DNA of 64,000 nucleotides from the human T2T-CHM13v2.0 reference genome, Homo sapiens: NCBI RefSeq assembly GCF_009914755.1, contig NC_060930.1; one strand, 5' to 3'. Shown piece by piece: positions 26,135 to 40,039 of this stretch (position 1 is its first letter; each line of letters starts with the position of its first letter). The notes under the pieces were generated by a model. It saw only the letters and a program-made list of their open reading frames with translations, ran no database searches and was not told where the DNA came from. The position numbers and the translations under genes were made by a program.

Positions 26135-27129
26135 TTAATGCTACAATTACAAACACACTAGAATGGCTAAAATGAAAGAGAGAAAGAGAGAGATTGAGAT
26201 ATTAACACCACAGTTGGCAATGATATGGAGTATCTTGAACTCTCATAAATTTCTGGTGAGAATGTAAAATTGTGCAACCGCTTTGGAAAACAGTTTGGCA
26301 TTAAAAAAAATTAAATATGCATCTACCTCATTATCCAGTAATTCCACTGTTAGGTGTTTAATCAAGAAAACTAAAAATATGTCAATAGAAAGATGGTTTT
26401 ATTGATAATAATCAAAACAAAATTATAACTAATGCTCATCAAAAGGAAAGTAAATGACCAAATTATGACCATTATATACTACTACTCAAAAATGAAAGGG
26501 AATAAACTACTGATACATGAAACAACGTGAATGAAAATTAAGAAAAACTACATTGACGGATAAAATCTAGATTATGAGTATACATATGGTATGATTCCAT
26601 TTATATGAAGTTAAGTAACAGAATTTATTCAACATTTAAGAAATCATAATAGTGGTTGCTACTGCTATCTTGGCAGTAGTGGGAAGGAGAGGCATGAGCA
26701 AAGTTTCTGGCATGATGTACGTGCTTTATAAACTGATGGGGTTCGAGTTACAGGAGGGTATATATGTGTCAACATTAATTGCATTTTGCACTTAACGTCT
26801 GTGCATTTCACTGTACATAACCTAAACAAAATAAATAAATTGGACTTACATCTCTAATGTGGTGGTTTCAGGCTTTTTGTGTTATGGAGATAACATTTTA
26901 AAGGCAATAGGACTATTATAAAATAGATTGCCAAAATATTGTTGTGCCAAAAATAGAGTTTTAAAAAATGCATGAGTGCACAAACAAACACAAGCTCATA
27001 TACCTACACACATTCTGAGGAATCTTTGCTCTTTCTAGGAAAGTTTTTGAGAGGGTTTTTATCCTTTTACATATAAAAATGTAAAATAGAGCACTGTCAT
27101 ATAATTTAGACAGCAACATTTCTTAAATA

Positions 27130-27512
27130 CAGTTGACTTTTGAACAATGCAAGTTTCAAATGCATGAGTCTTTCTTCCACCACTGCCACCCCTGAGACAG
27201 CAAGAACAACCCTTCATTTTTGTCCTCCTGCTCCTCAGTCTACTCAACTTGAAGATAACAAGGATGAGGACCTTTATGATAACACACTTCCACTTAATGA
27301 ATAGTAAATATATTTTCTTTTCCATATGATTTCCTTTTCTCTGGCTTAACATGTGAAGTACTACATATGTTAATTAACTGTTTATGTTTTTGGTAAGGCT
27401 TCTGGTCAGCAGTAGGCTATTACTAGTTGAGTTTTGGGGGAATCAAAAGTTCTACACTAATTTTCAACTGCACGAGGGTAGATTACCCAAACCTCTGTTT
27501 AAAGGTCAACTG
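27130..27512 (+). mobile_element. Tigger2-derived MITE (Tigger2a-like)
   Basis: TA|CAGTTGACTTTTGAACAA ... TTTAAAGGTCAACTG|TA (TIRs plus TA TSD); GCCACCCCTGAGACAGCAAG core. Confidence 0.9.
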
Positions 27513-30500
27513 TATTATGTGTAAATACTATATTCATGTTCTGCTACTATTTTGTATACAACAGCTTGGTTTCTTTCTGCATTGTCTATAAATGATATTT
27601 ATCTCTTATCAGCAATGATATAAAAGGTTGTATTTCTTGGCTTCATTGTCTTTTGAAAGCCTGGTAGGATGCTAGCAATGTGCCTTCCAAGATCTGACTG
27701 AAATCATAAGGCCAATTTTAAGTGAGAGAAACTAATCTCAGTCAAATTGAGCCTCATACTTCCTTCCCCAGGAGTTCATCTCAGTTCAGGAAGCTTACAT
27801 GCCATGTTTCACTAATGCAGACTGTGTAGGGGAATAATCGTGACAAATGACAGTGTGATGTGGTTAAGGTCATTTTTATCGAAGCTGACATATGCAAAGA
27901 TATCCATCATTTCATCCAGCTTTTGGACAGTGACAATAGGACACCCAGGTCACTGCTGTGATCTCCTCACCATGACCACTCCCAGGGCTTGACTTCTTTA
28001 GTTCAACTTGCTTTCTTTGCTACATTGTCACATCTTTCACTATTTCATCCCTGATATTCCTTTTCCCACCACAGCAAACATTATATAAGGGAGCTCTTCC
28101 TAGTTCAAAGAACTTGAACATCTTCTTTAAACTAGCATTTAATCCCCTAATTTTTGGAATTTACTCTCATTTTGAAATTCAAAGGCCAAAGATTTACTTG
28201 CCTTCTTTTTTCTCTGAATTTTGGTATGTCACCCGTTCTTTGAGGCAGTGAGCATGAAGTATCCTATCTTACTGAGCTAAGGAGGGAGACAGAGTACAAT
28301 TAATTAATGTCAAAATGACCGCATAAAATTTTAAAACAAATCTCAATTAGTATGTTGAAATACTATTGTATCACAAGATACATCATATATAAACTTGAAA
28401 TAAAGATTTAACTCCTAATCAGGGGATATAAATGTCTGCATGGAGGGACCCTTATACTCCTCCAACTACATGTTCTCTTCAAATACTCAATTTCAGCCCC
28501 ATGAGTCTTTTTCAGTCCGCAAATACACCAAGTGATTTACTGCTTTCAGATTCTTGGCACATCCATTCCCTTGCAAGGAATGCTCTCCACTTCTCAGGCA
28601 TCTTAGCAAATTCCACATTCCTCCTTGATTTGGAAAAGAAAAGAAATATTACTGAACTAATCTACACCACTTGTACCCATTATCTTTTCCTTCCACCATG
28701 AAGGTATTAATGGAGATATTAATAATAAAATTGTATTCAAACAGAAGTAACAGAAGTAAGTTAATTTGAATTAATCTGAAAATATTTAAGGTCATGAAAG
28801 TAACTTCTTTTTGGTGCAGGAAGTGTCCTATTTGAAATAGCTAAGATGCTTGACTGCCTGTGTCTCTTAGGTCATTGGGCACTTAGGGGTCTTCGGTTGG
28901 AATGTAGAGAAACAAACTTCCTCTTCCATTAACTTACTACATTAAAAATCTGCCAACATTTTCATCTGGGCAGTCAATCTTTGATATCTGCCAATGATGG
29001 CTCTTTTTTCTTAGAAGATTTCTCCCATTGCATGATGTGTCTGCGCCCTGGCCTCTTGCCAAATCAGCCTCCTCCACATGGTGAAGGAGAAAGCCTAACC
29101 TGAACCTAAACAAACCTTTTGTCTCTTGGGACCAGAAGTGAACGTTCTTTCAAGTCACTGATAAAATGCTATTTATATAAAATGGGTTTCCATGGAAATG
29201 TACTCATATATATGATTTCTGTATATATACTGTAGACAAAATGAACATAAAATCACAACATTAAAACATTGCATATGATTTAGTGTCATCACTTGACTTT
29301 AAAGGAAATTATACACTTATAATATATCAAAAAGTGTTTCTATCAGGTCAATTTTTCAATTACAAATGTGGGAAGGAGTATATATTTGTAAACAATTAGG
29401 TGTATCTCATCCATGCTAAACTGTGTATTAAAACGTGTAAATATCTTTTATTAGAATGAGATATCTGATGAAAATACTCTGATTCTCGACAAGAATGTAG
29501 AGTATGTTTCAGATCGTCTTTTCTGGGATCAGAGGTTTATTCATCTCTGGAGGAAAAGGCTGAGGACCAGTTTTTTGATTTACAGTGAAATAGGTAGAGC
29601 AGTAACAGACATTTCGGGGGCTTAGAAATTTTCTGCTCAATGACACAACTCCATAAGGACAGAGCCTCATACATTATTGGGATAATTTCATTCAGAGTTT
29701 AGGTTTATTACACAGAGGACAACATACTGGATATAATCCTTAGGAAAACAATAGCAATCTGGCCTGTCTTATGAATAGATGGGAAAGTGGGTCAGGAGCA
29801 ATTTACTAATTCACTCAGCAGTAAAGGTAATTACTGTTTTTAATGATAATGTACTACAGGCAGATCTAATTGGTTCATGCCTCATGTTTAAACTGTTCTA
29901 GCTTAATAAGTGCAAGAACATTATATTTAGTTTGCTAGGTCTAACAGCACTCGATACTGAAAACTGACCTTTAAGTGATCCCCTGTGCTGTTCTGTACTA
30001 TTTATTTTGGATTATTGAAAGTCTTAAATATTTTTAGCTAAAATGTGTACTTGTATTACATATTTTCATAGGCCTTCATTTCCTTTCTGTTCTGCCCATG
30101 ATGACATACAGAATATATTAAGAAAAGCATGGTCTCAAAAAGCACACACTGTAAAATTAAAAGTAAAGGACTGTTTAAATTATGTGAGTCAGAGAAATAG
30201 GTTCAGAAAGAATTTGAAGCTTCTTCAGTATGATCTCTTTCTGCAGGATTCCATTTTTTTTTTGTCAGTCATTTCAAATGAGTACTGTTTGGTATAAATT
30301 ATTATATTTATGGCATCAAAAATGTCATGTTTGGGGCATGTTTATACTCATTTAAAAACAGGTAATCTTTTGAGTTTCTTCATTGTCCTGCTAGACAAAT
30401 GGTTTGTCCTTTACAGCAATACTTGTGTGCTTTCATCTCGTTTAATGTTAGAGTGTTAGAGGGTACTTAGAGAAATCCCAAGATTCTACCCCAGTGTCAT

Positions 30501-30539
30501 CAATCTAGTTGCAGAGCAGAACCTAGTTGGCAAATGAGA

Positions 30540-31256
<717 letters not shown>

Positions 31257-33299
31257 AGCTACCCGGGTTGGCTGACTGCTTTTAACAAAGCTATTGTCCG
31301 CAATACGTATTTCTTATTCATCTTTTATAGCAGTAGTTTGGTCAAAACTTGTGGAAAAACTCTGTAGCAAAATGTGAAACATTAAATTAACTTTCATAGA
31401 TTTGAATGTATATGTATCTTTCATTTATGATACCCATACCATCTAAAGCTATATAGGAAAATGTCTATTTTAATTTATATTTCCAAGGAACAACGATCCA
31501 TGATTTATTTATATCTAGAATGTTAATTTAGATTTTTTCCTTGAAAGTTTTACTCAAGTCTAAAGTTAAGTTGAATTACTAACATATAAATCAGAAATAA
31601 AATTTACCCACACATTGCACAAATCCTTTACATTAGGGCCTAAGGAAACTAGGCCATAATGGCCTTATTTTTGACTTAGTATGTATTATTCAACAAAGTT
31701 CTTAATTATCTATGAAATCAAGGGTATTATTACATGTCGCTTGCATGGATTTTTAACAAAGAGTGAGGAGACTGGGCTTTTGAGTGCAAACCCACACTGG
31801 ATTTGAGATTTAGCCAATAGAGTGATCCTAGATGATAAAAAGTTTTAATAATAACGGTTCTGAGTTTACATGCATTTTAGGGGAAGGAACATGGAGGCAC
31901 TGTAATTTCTGGAAGAATTACTAAAATTCCTGAATCATTCTTCAAAATATATAGCAAATAAAGTACTTAGCTGAGAGGAAACTTGTTAGGTTCTCTTGTT
32001 TCAACTATTTACCTTCAGTCAATTTTCTATTAATTTATAAAATGAAATGTGATTTCTAAGGTTAATTTTGCTTTAAATTTACATGATTCTAAGTTTGACT
32101 AGATTAAACAAGGAGAACAGAGAAATATGAAATCTATTTTGGATATACACTAATGTAAATGTAATGTGAATAGAGAGCATTGGCAGAGCTTATAAATCAA
32201 TGAAGGGTTTATTTTTGAGCCATTGGATTAATTCAATAAACACTTTTTAATTACCATGTGCTAGGGTTCTGAAAATGGAAGATGAGTGAATGAGTGTAAT
32301 CTTTGTTCATGCAGAGTTCACAGTCAAGGTCAAAGTAAATAAATTAATTATGGGAAATAAAGGAAGCAATAAAGCTCTTACTAAAATTTTGAGCTTTGAA
32401 TATATAGTCTTGGTGATTTTTCTGATGGTACTAAGTACATTATTATTATCATTTGATATTTATGCTTACTCCATATGGAAAAATATGATAGTGTCCCTAA
32501 ATTTAACAAAAACCCTTACTGTATCTATTCTCCAAAAGAATCTTATTATTTGTTTCCTGGTTTCACCCTCTAATTTATTTTCAGGAGAAATAGTCCCCGA
32601 TTTAGTTGACAGAATTCTGGTAGAATTCTCTTCACCTCCTTTAGAGGTAGAGTCTGTGGCTGAAGTTTACTTCTAGCTGATTAAAGCACTCTATTCCTTA
32701 ATCTCAGTGAAAGTGTAGGGATAAGCATATGATTCAAACCAAATATAACCAATCTGAATATTGCTTCAGCGACTAGGAAGAGTCTCTGTGTTTTTTATTT
32801 AACCTCAGGGCATTCAAGACTTATTGACTCCAAGTCACCTTGCCATTACAAGTGAAAAGTATTCTGAGAGTGAGGCCCTAAATCATGGAACAGAGAGGAC
32901 AAAGTTGAACCAAGTTTTGGAGAAAATCAGTTCTTATATTACTATCAGATTTAATTATTAAAATAGTGTAAAGTAAACATTAATTAAAATTTGGGGAAAA
33001 CTACATGTATTTAAAAAGAAAAGTCTTAAGTAAAAAATACTGTCCCTTAAGTAATGGGCATAATACATGAACACACAATTTATAATAAAAGATTATCAAA
33101 TGGTTATTAATTTTTTTAATTTCTACTTTACTAGCATAAGTTTTGACTATTTTCTGTCATTAGAATTAAAATTCCAAAACAGAGTGGAATCCTGGCTTGA
33201 ATAGCTTATCACTATGTCTCCAGGTCTTAGAATCATGTTAGTTGGAACACAGTAGATTTTCAATTTAAAAAATTGGTTGGATGAATAAACAAATCATTC

Positions 33300-34030
33300 G
33301 GGAAATACAAACAAACTAATGAGATAACCTAATTTTTAAAAGCTGAATATAAATCTTGTCATAAATAATGTAGGAACTAATAAACTCTCATAAAATTTTG
33401 GTGATATTGTAAATTTATAGTGCCTTTCTGAAAAGCAAATGGGCAGTATTTATCAAATCCAAACCTTTCATTCTATTAAACCTAGAAAATCAAGGAAGTC
33501 AGTTCTATTATATTCTATATTTTGTAAGCAAAAAATAACTATTTTTAAAAACAAACCAAAAAAACTCACTTTCCTGATAGAATAGTTATGTAACACATAA
33601 CTATTATTTTTAAATAATAGAAAAACATTTAGGTAAATTTGGTCGTCCATATCATGACATTCTATATAGTTGTTAAAAAGAATATGGTAGATACACTGAC
33701 GTGAAAACATCACTGAAATGTATTGTGAAGATAAAAAGACAGAGATTAAAAAAAAACAAAAACTATACAGTATAAACCTATTCATGTGAAACAAAATTCA
33801 TTACATATTTGATCTATGTCAATGTGTCTTTCTATTTTTCTATTTATTCATCTATATATCTATGTTTATAAGCATTTGTTTGTCTTTATATTTATCTGTC
33901 TAGTAAACTATATATTCATAACGCACAGGAAAAAAAAAACCCTAAAATGGCATACATTGATTGCATGTTTAGATTGGAGGAGGAAAATATTGGAGTAGAA
34001 ATAGAGGAGATAACACTTTTTACCATGTGC
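33300..34030 (+). mobile_element. Decayed L1ME-type 3' fragment
   Basis: TTGGTGATATTGTAAATT..CCTTTCTGAAAAGCAAATGGGCAGTATTTATCAAA and later L1 3'UTR-like segments. Confidence 0.55.
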
Positions 34031-34034
34031 ATAT

Positions 34035-34430
34035 TGATATGGTCTGGATTTGTGTCCCTGCCCAAATTGTAATCCTCAATGTTGGAGGTGGGGCTTGGTG
34101 GGAGGTGATTGGATCATGAGGGCTGTTTCTCATGAATGGTTTAACACCATCCCCCTTTGTGCTATTCTAGTCATAGTGAGTGAGTTTTGGTAAGATCTGG
34201 TTGTTTAAAAGTGTGTAGTAGCTCCCCACTCTGTCTCTTCCTCCTGCTCCAGCCATACGAAGTGCCAGCACCTGCTTTGCCTTCCGCCACGATTGAAATC
34301 TCCCTGAGGTCTCCACAGCAGCAGAAGCTGTTAGGCTTCCTGTACAGCCTGCGACACTGTGAGCCAATTAAACCTCTTTTCTTTATAAATTACCCAATTT
34401 TAGGTATTTCTTTATAGCAGTGTGGGAATG

Positions 34431-34433
<3 letters not shown>
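34035..34433 (+). mobile_element. MaLR solo LTR (MST family) followed by (TA)n
   Basis: TGATATGGTCTGGATTTGTGTCCC..GGGAGGTGATTGGATCATG..GAGCCAATTAAACCTCTTTTCTTTATAAATTACCC. Confidence 0.92.
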
Positions 34434-34466
<33 letters not shown>

Positions 34467-34523
34467 AACATTGACTTTGAAGTAGTTCGTGCTAAAATGA
34501 AAAATAGTCACATTTCAACTTTT

Positions 34524-34716
34524 ATTTTCTTTTTTCCCCAATTTAAATATTTTAATTTAAAAGCAAGCTTTACTGTCGAAAATGCAAACTTGGGGAGGGG
34601 AGAAACATCACACACAAGGCTGCCACTTCACACCTGGAGTGATGCACCGCGGCAGGGCGGGGCGCTCCTCACTTCCCAGACCGTGCAGCTGCCGCCTGGG
34701 CAGAGGCGCTCTGCAC
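34524..34716 (-). mobile_element. SVA2-like retroelement (short SVA-type VNTR plus unique 3' end plus poly-A)
   Basis: SVA VNTR units GGGGCGCTCCTCACTTCCCAGAC and CTGGGCAGAGGCGCTC joined to a non-SINE-R tail (AAAATGCAAACTTGGGGAGGG..CACACACAAGGCTGCCACTTCACAC); T-rich head; TSD TTTCAACTTTT at 34513 and 34717. Confidence 0.75.
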
Positions 34717-34979
34717 TTTCAACTTTTCTTTTTACTTCTTTGACTATGAAAAAAGTTGAACATCTTAAAGTCTATTTGCATATAATACTTCCTTGCCACT
34801 TATTTCTTTTTTTTAAGATTTTTCGAGTTCTTTTTAAAAATCATTTTTTGTTAATATTTCTTTTTATTTATTTATTCTTATAAGTTTGCTTGTTTCTCTT
34901 AGTGGGAGAACAAATATCATTTAAACATGTTTGCTAGCCAAAGTTGTACCTGTTCATTTTCACCTAATACAATTTCTAG

Positions 34980-35180
34980 TGTCTTTGCGGCTAGTTCTGG
35001 GTTTGTAGCTTAGATCTGCCACTTAGTAATTAGGAGCATAAAGAAATGTACTTAATTTCACTCAATCTCACTTTCCTGATAGAATAGTTAGGTAACACAT
35101 ATTGCAGGAGGATCAGCTAAAATGGCATATGGAGAGTGCTCAAGCTGCTTTCTATCACATGAAATTACAATAAAATTGTT
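34980..35180 (+). mobile_element. MIR
   Basis: CTGGGTTTG..TCTGCCACTTAGTA..TACTTAA..CTCACTTTCCT. Confidence 0.6.
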
Positions 35181-37524
35181 TTAATTCTCAATTATTTTTG
35201 GCAATAATTATAGATTTCTTAATACTTTTATATAGTATAAAATTTTATCAAATTTCATCAACCTGTCTAGTAAAAATATAAATATCCTGGGACCAGATAC
35301 TGTCATTCATTATTTTTATTCCCTAAAGCATTTGTGCAGACCCTTCCATGTGGTAGGTACTTAAGGTATACTTATTGAATTTAATTGAAAGCCTATATAA
35401 CTTGAGTGAGTAAATCTGCACTGTTGTAAAGAAAAAATTAAATCAATTACGAGTATATAAATAAATTAACTTTACTGTTTTCTTGGAAATTTTTTTAAGA
35501 GTTTACTACCTACAAGTTCATAGAGTTACCACTCCTGAAATAATTATGTTTAAGTGCCCCTTTTAAAAGCTGCATTCACTCTAGTTTGAGTTACAAGAAT
35601 ATGATTATTCTAGCTTTCAAAAGAAAGTTTTTAAGCTTCAAGACTAATAGGCTCTTCTAATTAGGAAAAAAAAATCAACTGGCCTCCTACTTGTCAACAG
35701 TTTCTGAGAGGTCCCTTTTTAGTATGAGCCAAATGGTAAGATTTCTTAACAAATCATTTCTATTCTATGTTTTAAAAAATTATGGTTTTCTCCAAAATGC
35801 CATCAGAGTACTTGTTAATAGAACACTAACCTTAATCTTTGAGTAAGAAAACAATTTTTTATTTTTTTAGTTTTTAATATTTGGAGAGTCAGCACTCAAA
35901 ATGTCTGTACAGGCTAATGTTCTTGAATGTAAGAGAAAGAATGAAAAGACAGGAATACTAAATATAATAGAGGAATACATTAAATTACCAAGCTTTTTTT
36001 TAAAAAAACATATAAACTATACACTGTATTAAACATTATGAGAGCTACTATTTTTCTTCTAATTTAGCTTGAAACCACTTCCTGTTTTTGCATGTATAAG
36101 AAAAACAACAGAGTTTGTTTTTTGGCAGACATAGGGAGAATTGTTATTTTCATTTACTATTTGTGGAAATCAGAAAAGAAACCAACTGTTGTAATTTTTT
36201 CTACACATGGTTAAAATTTCTGAATATAAGTTGAGGCTTCAGAAGTTACATCCAGAAATGACTAAAAAGACTTCAGCTTATCAGTAATTATCAATAATTA
36301 TTGAACTATTTTAAGTTTATTTAAATACATAGGGATTATAGAGATAGACACGAGTTACATACCTGCATGCGTGCACACACACACCCACACACACAGATTT
36401 TTCAATGTGGACATTCCCCTGTTACCCAAATTGTTTTTAAATATTAATTGCATTACTTCAAATAAGCCTGCAGTTGCCTCCACAGCTCTTCACAGCAGTT
36501 TATTATTATTTACAATAAAAAAGCTGATATGCTGTCATTTGTGTAATCAATGGTTAACTCTCAGGCAGGAAAGTAGACTTATAAAACTTTAAGACTCAAA
36601 TTGGGTGTTTTAAAACCTAATGTAGCTGCAAAAGTGAAGACAAATTTAACTGGAACTCAGATTAAATCTCTTTATTTTGTTTGTCAGTGTATAGAGCATT
36701 GGCAGATAAATGAAAGTCTTTGATATTCTCCAAACTTGATTCAATGCTATCTACTGGTATTTATTTAAAATTCTGGAATGAAGTATTTTCTCTTCTTCCA
36801 TATGATTGATCTTCCATACTATAAAGGTTCCACCTTTATTCCCCCTGAAATGTACTCTACTGTTATCTCTGATAAGTGAACCTGATTCTATTCTGCCAGG
36901 AATGTCAGTAATAAACGATGGGCTAAGGTGGATGTCCTCCCAAGAGGAGGAAAAGGAAAACAAAACAAAAAATAAAAGGCCAATGAGTTTTGAATTGACT
37001 CCATTAAAAATAGTCATGATTGCTTATACAAGGGAAAAATATTGTTATAAAAGAGCCTATTAAAATGCCAGGAAATGTCTCAGCAGTTTAAATACTCTTA
37101 AATTTTTAAATGGTATACTAGCTAGCAGAGCTGTAGTAGATTGAATTAAGCTTCATTATTGATTCCCCTAGACTTTGTTGGTGAGTTGCCCATTTAAACA
37201 CATTATCAGATACTTAATGAGTAATTTATAATGCTTCGAAGAACATGTACTTCATTTAGAATGGCTAACAACATCATTCAAATGAGAAAAGGTGTCAGGA
37301 CTCAGTAAGTGAAAATGCTAGATGCAGACATAATGTCCATTAGAACAGAAGCCAAACAAGTTTTTTAAACAACATTTTGAATAAAATATTTCACATCTAC
37401 AAATCTTTTAATAATTGAACTGCATCCTAAACTGTAATTATAAAGAGTCAATTAAATAATTATCATTAAGAACTTTCATGATACGGAGATATACTAGAAA
37501 ATCTTGTAAAGGGTTCAATTCTTC

Positions 37525-37798
37525 CATAACTTCAATCTATGATGGTACATATCAAGCATTCAACTCTTTCTTGTAATGTCATGACTTTTCACTGTTTCTT
37601 GGGAGTGCTTTCAGCATCAATACTGGCCCTTTGTATGGGTACAGTGGTGTTAGTCAAGGTTTACAGTATTGCACTAAACACAATGAAACACACAGGGATC
37701 TTAGAAAAGAACCATGAGAGATCAATTTTTACTGCAATCTGCAATTTACTGGAGAGAGGAACTGCTCAAGCAGTGATAATTAGTATCACAGAGCATTT
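37525..37798 (-). mobile_element. Tigger2/Tigger2b 5' fragment (transposase start)
   Basis: Reverse complement GCAGTTCCTCTCTCCAGTAAATTGC..CTCCCAAGAAACAGTGAAAAGTCATGACATTACAAGAAAGAGTTGAA (PKKQ.KVMTLQE.VE). Confidence 0.8.
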
Positions 37799-37810
37799 AA
37801 AAAAAATTTT

Positions 37811-39800
37811 CATTTATTTATTTATTTTTATTTCAACAGTTTGGGGGGTATAGGTGGTTATTGGTTAAATTGGTAAGCTATTTAGTGGTGAATTTTGAGA
37901 TTTTAGTGCATCCATCATCCGAACACTGTACACTGTACCCAATATGTAATCTTTTATCCTTCACTGCCTCCCAATCTTCCCCACTCCAAGTCCCCAAAGT
38001 CCATTCTATCATTCTGTATGTCTATGCATTCTTATAGCTTAGCTCTCACTTATAACTGAGAACATACAGTATTTGGTTTTCCATTCCTGAATTACTTCAA
38101 TTAGAATAATGTCTCCAGCTCCATCCAAGTTGCTGCAAAAGACATTATTTCATTCCATTTTATGGCTGGATAGTATTCCATGGTGTGTGTGTGTGTGTGT
38201 GTGTGTATCCACTCATTGGTCAATGGGCACTTAGGTTGGTTCTTCACAATTGTGAGCTGTGCTGCCATAAACATGCATGTGCAAATATCTTTTTTGTACA
38301 ATGACTTTTTTTTGTTTGGGTAGATATCCAGTAGTGGGATTTCTGAATTGAATGGTAGATCTACTTTCAGTTCTTTAAGGAATCTCCATACTGGTTTCCA
38401 TAGTTGTTGTACTAATTTACATTCCCACCAGCAGTGTAAAAGTGTTTCCTTTCAAGCTTATCCACGCCAACATTCTTTTTTTAAAAAAAAAAAAAACAAA
38501 AAACTCTAATTATGTTCATTCTAGCAGGAGTAAGGTGGTATCTTATTGTGGTTTCAATTTGCATTTCCTTGATTATTAGTGATGTTGAGCATTTTTTTTA
38601 TTTGTTTGTTGGCTGTTTGTATATCTTCTTTTGAGAAATATCTATTCATGTCATTTGCCCACTTTTTGATGGGAGTTTTTTTTTTTTCTTGATGATTTGA
38701 ATTCTTTGTAGATTGTGGATACTAGTCCTTTGTCAGATGCGTAGTTTGTGAATATTTTCTCCTACTCGGTTGGTTGTCTGTATACTCCACTGATTATTTC
38801 TTTTGCTGTGCAAAAGCAATTTTAGTTTAATGAGGTCCCATTTATTTATTTCTCTGTTTCTGTTGTATTTGCTTTCGGGGTCTTTGCCTAAACCAATGTC
38901 AAAAAGAGTTTTTCTGATGTTATCTTCTAGAATGTTTATGGTTTCAGGTCTTAGATTTAACTCTTTGATCCATCTTGAGTTGATTTTTATATAAGGTGAG
39001 AGATGGGTTTACAGTTTCATTTTTCTGCATGTGGCTTACTGGTTTGCTCAGCACTGTTTATTGAATAGGGTGTCCTTTCCCCAATTCATGCTTTTGTGTG
39101 CTTTGTCAAAGATCAGTTGGCTGCGAGCATTTGACTTTATTTCCGGGTTCTCTATTCTGTTCCATTGGTCTAAGTGCCTATGTTTATATCAGTACCATGC
39201 TGTTTTGGTAACTAGAGGCTTATACAATACTTTGAAGTCTGATAATGTGATGCCTTTAGATTTGTTCTTTTGCTTAGTATTGCTCTGGCTATGTGGGCTC
39301 TTTTTTGGTTTCATAAGAATTTTAGATTTATTTTCTATAGTTCTCTGGAAAATGATGGCATTTTCATTGGAATTGCATTGAATCTGTGATTGTTTTGGGC
39401 AGTATGGTCATTTTTACAATACTGATTCTTCTCATCCATGAGCATGGCATGTGCTTCCATTTGTTTGCATCATCCATGACTTATTTCAGCAGTATTTTGT
39501 AGTTTTCCTTGTAGAGATCTTTCACCTCCTTAAATATATTCCTTAGTATTTTATTATTTTTTTGCAGATGTTGTAAAAGGAATTGAGTTCTTGATTTGAT
39601 TCTCAGCCTTGCCATTGCTGGTGTATAGCAGTGCTACTGATTTCTGTACATTGATTTTGTAACCTGAGGCTTTACTAGAATTGCTTATCAATTGTAGGAG
39701 CCTTTTGGATGAGACTTCAGGGTTTTCTAGGAATACAATCATATCATCAGTGAACAGTGACAATTTGACTTCCTATTTTCCAATCTGGATGCCCTTTATT
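37811..39800 (-). mobile_element. 5'-truncated L1PB (L1PB1-like), ~2 kb
   Basis: Antisense 3'UTR GTCCCCAAAGTCCATT..TAGCTTAGCTCTCACTTATAA and ORF2 C-terminal frames ([15 protein letters not shown]; MSFAATWMELE). Confidence 0.93.
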
Positions 39801-40039
39801 TTTTTTTTCGTTTTTTTCTTCTTTTTTTCCTAAGGAAAAAAATGTTTCTACAGTTTACTTCAAAGTTACATGTCAAGACTAGGGAAAAAGGAGAAAAAAG
39901 AAAAAAAAGGTTTTAAATGCATTTTGAAGCTTAACTACTTCAAAGCGCATTTTAAAGTTACAGGAGGAGTGACTTCTAAGTATTAAACATTTACATTAAC
40001 GTTTTGCCATTTAGTACACAGTGTTAATCATTTGCTTCT

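Noticed and set aside
32290-32676. 128-aa hydrophobic ORF
   Set aside because: Starts in an antisense L2-like remnant; I/L/F/K bias reflects AT-richness and no domain is recognisable.
38101-39763. ORFs with RT-like '[12 protein letters not shown]' and 'FAATWMELE'
   Set aside because: Broken fragments of L1 ORF2 in a truncated L1PB; no intact ORF.
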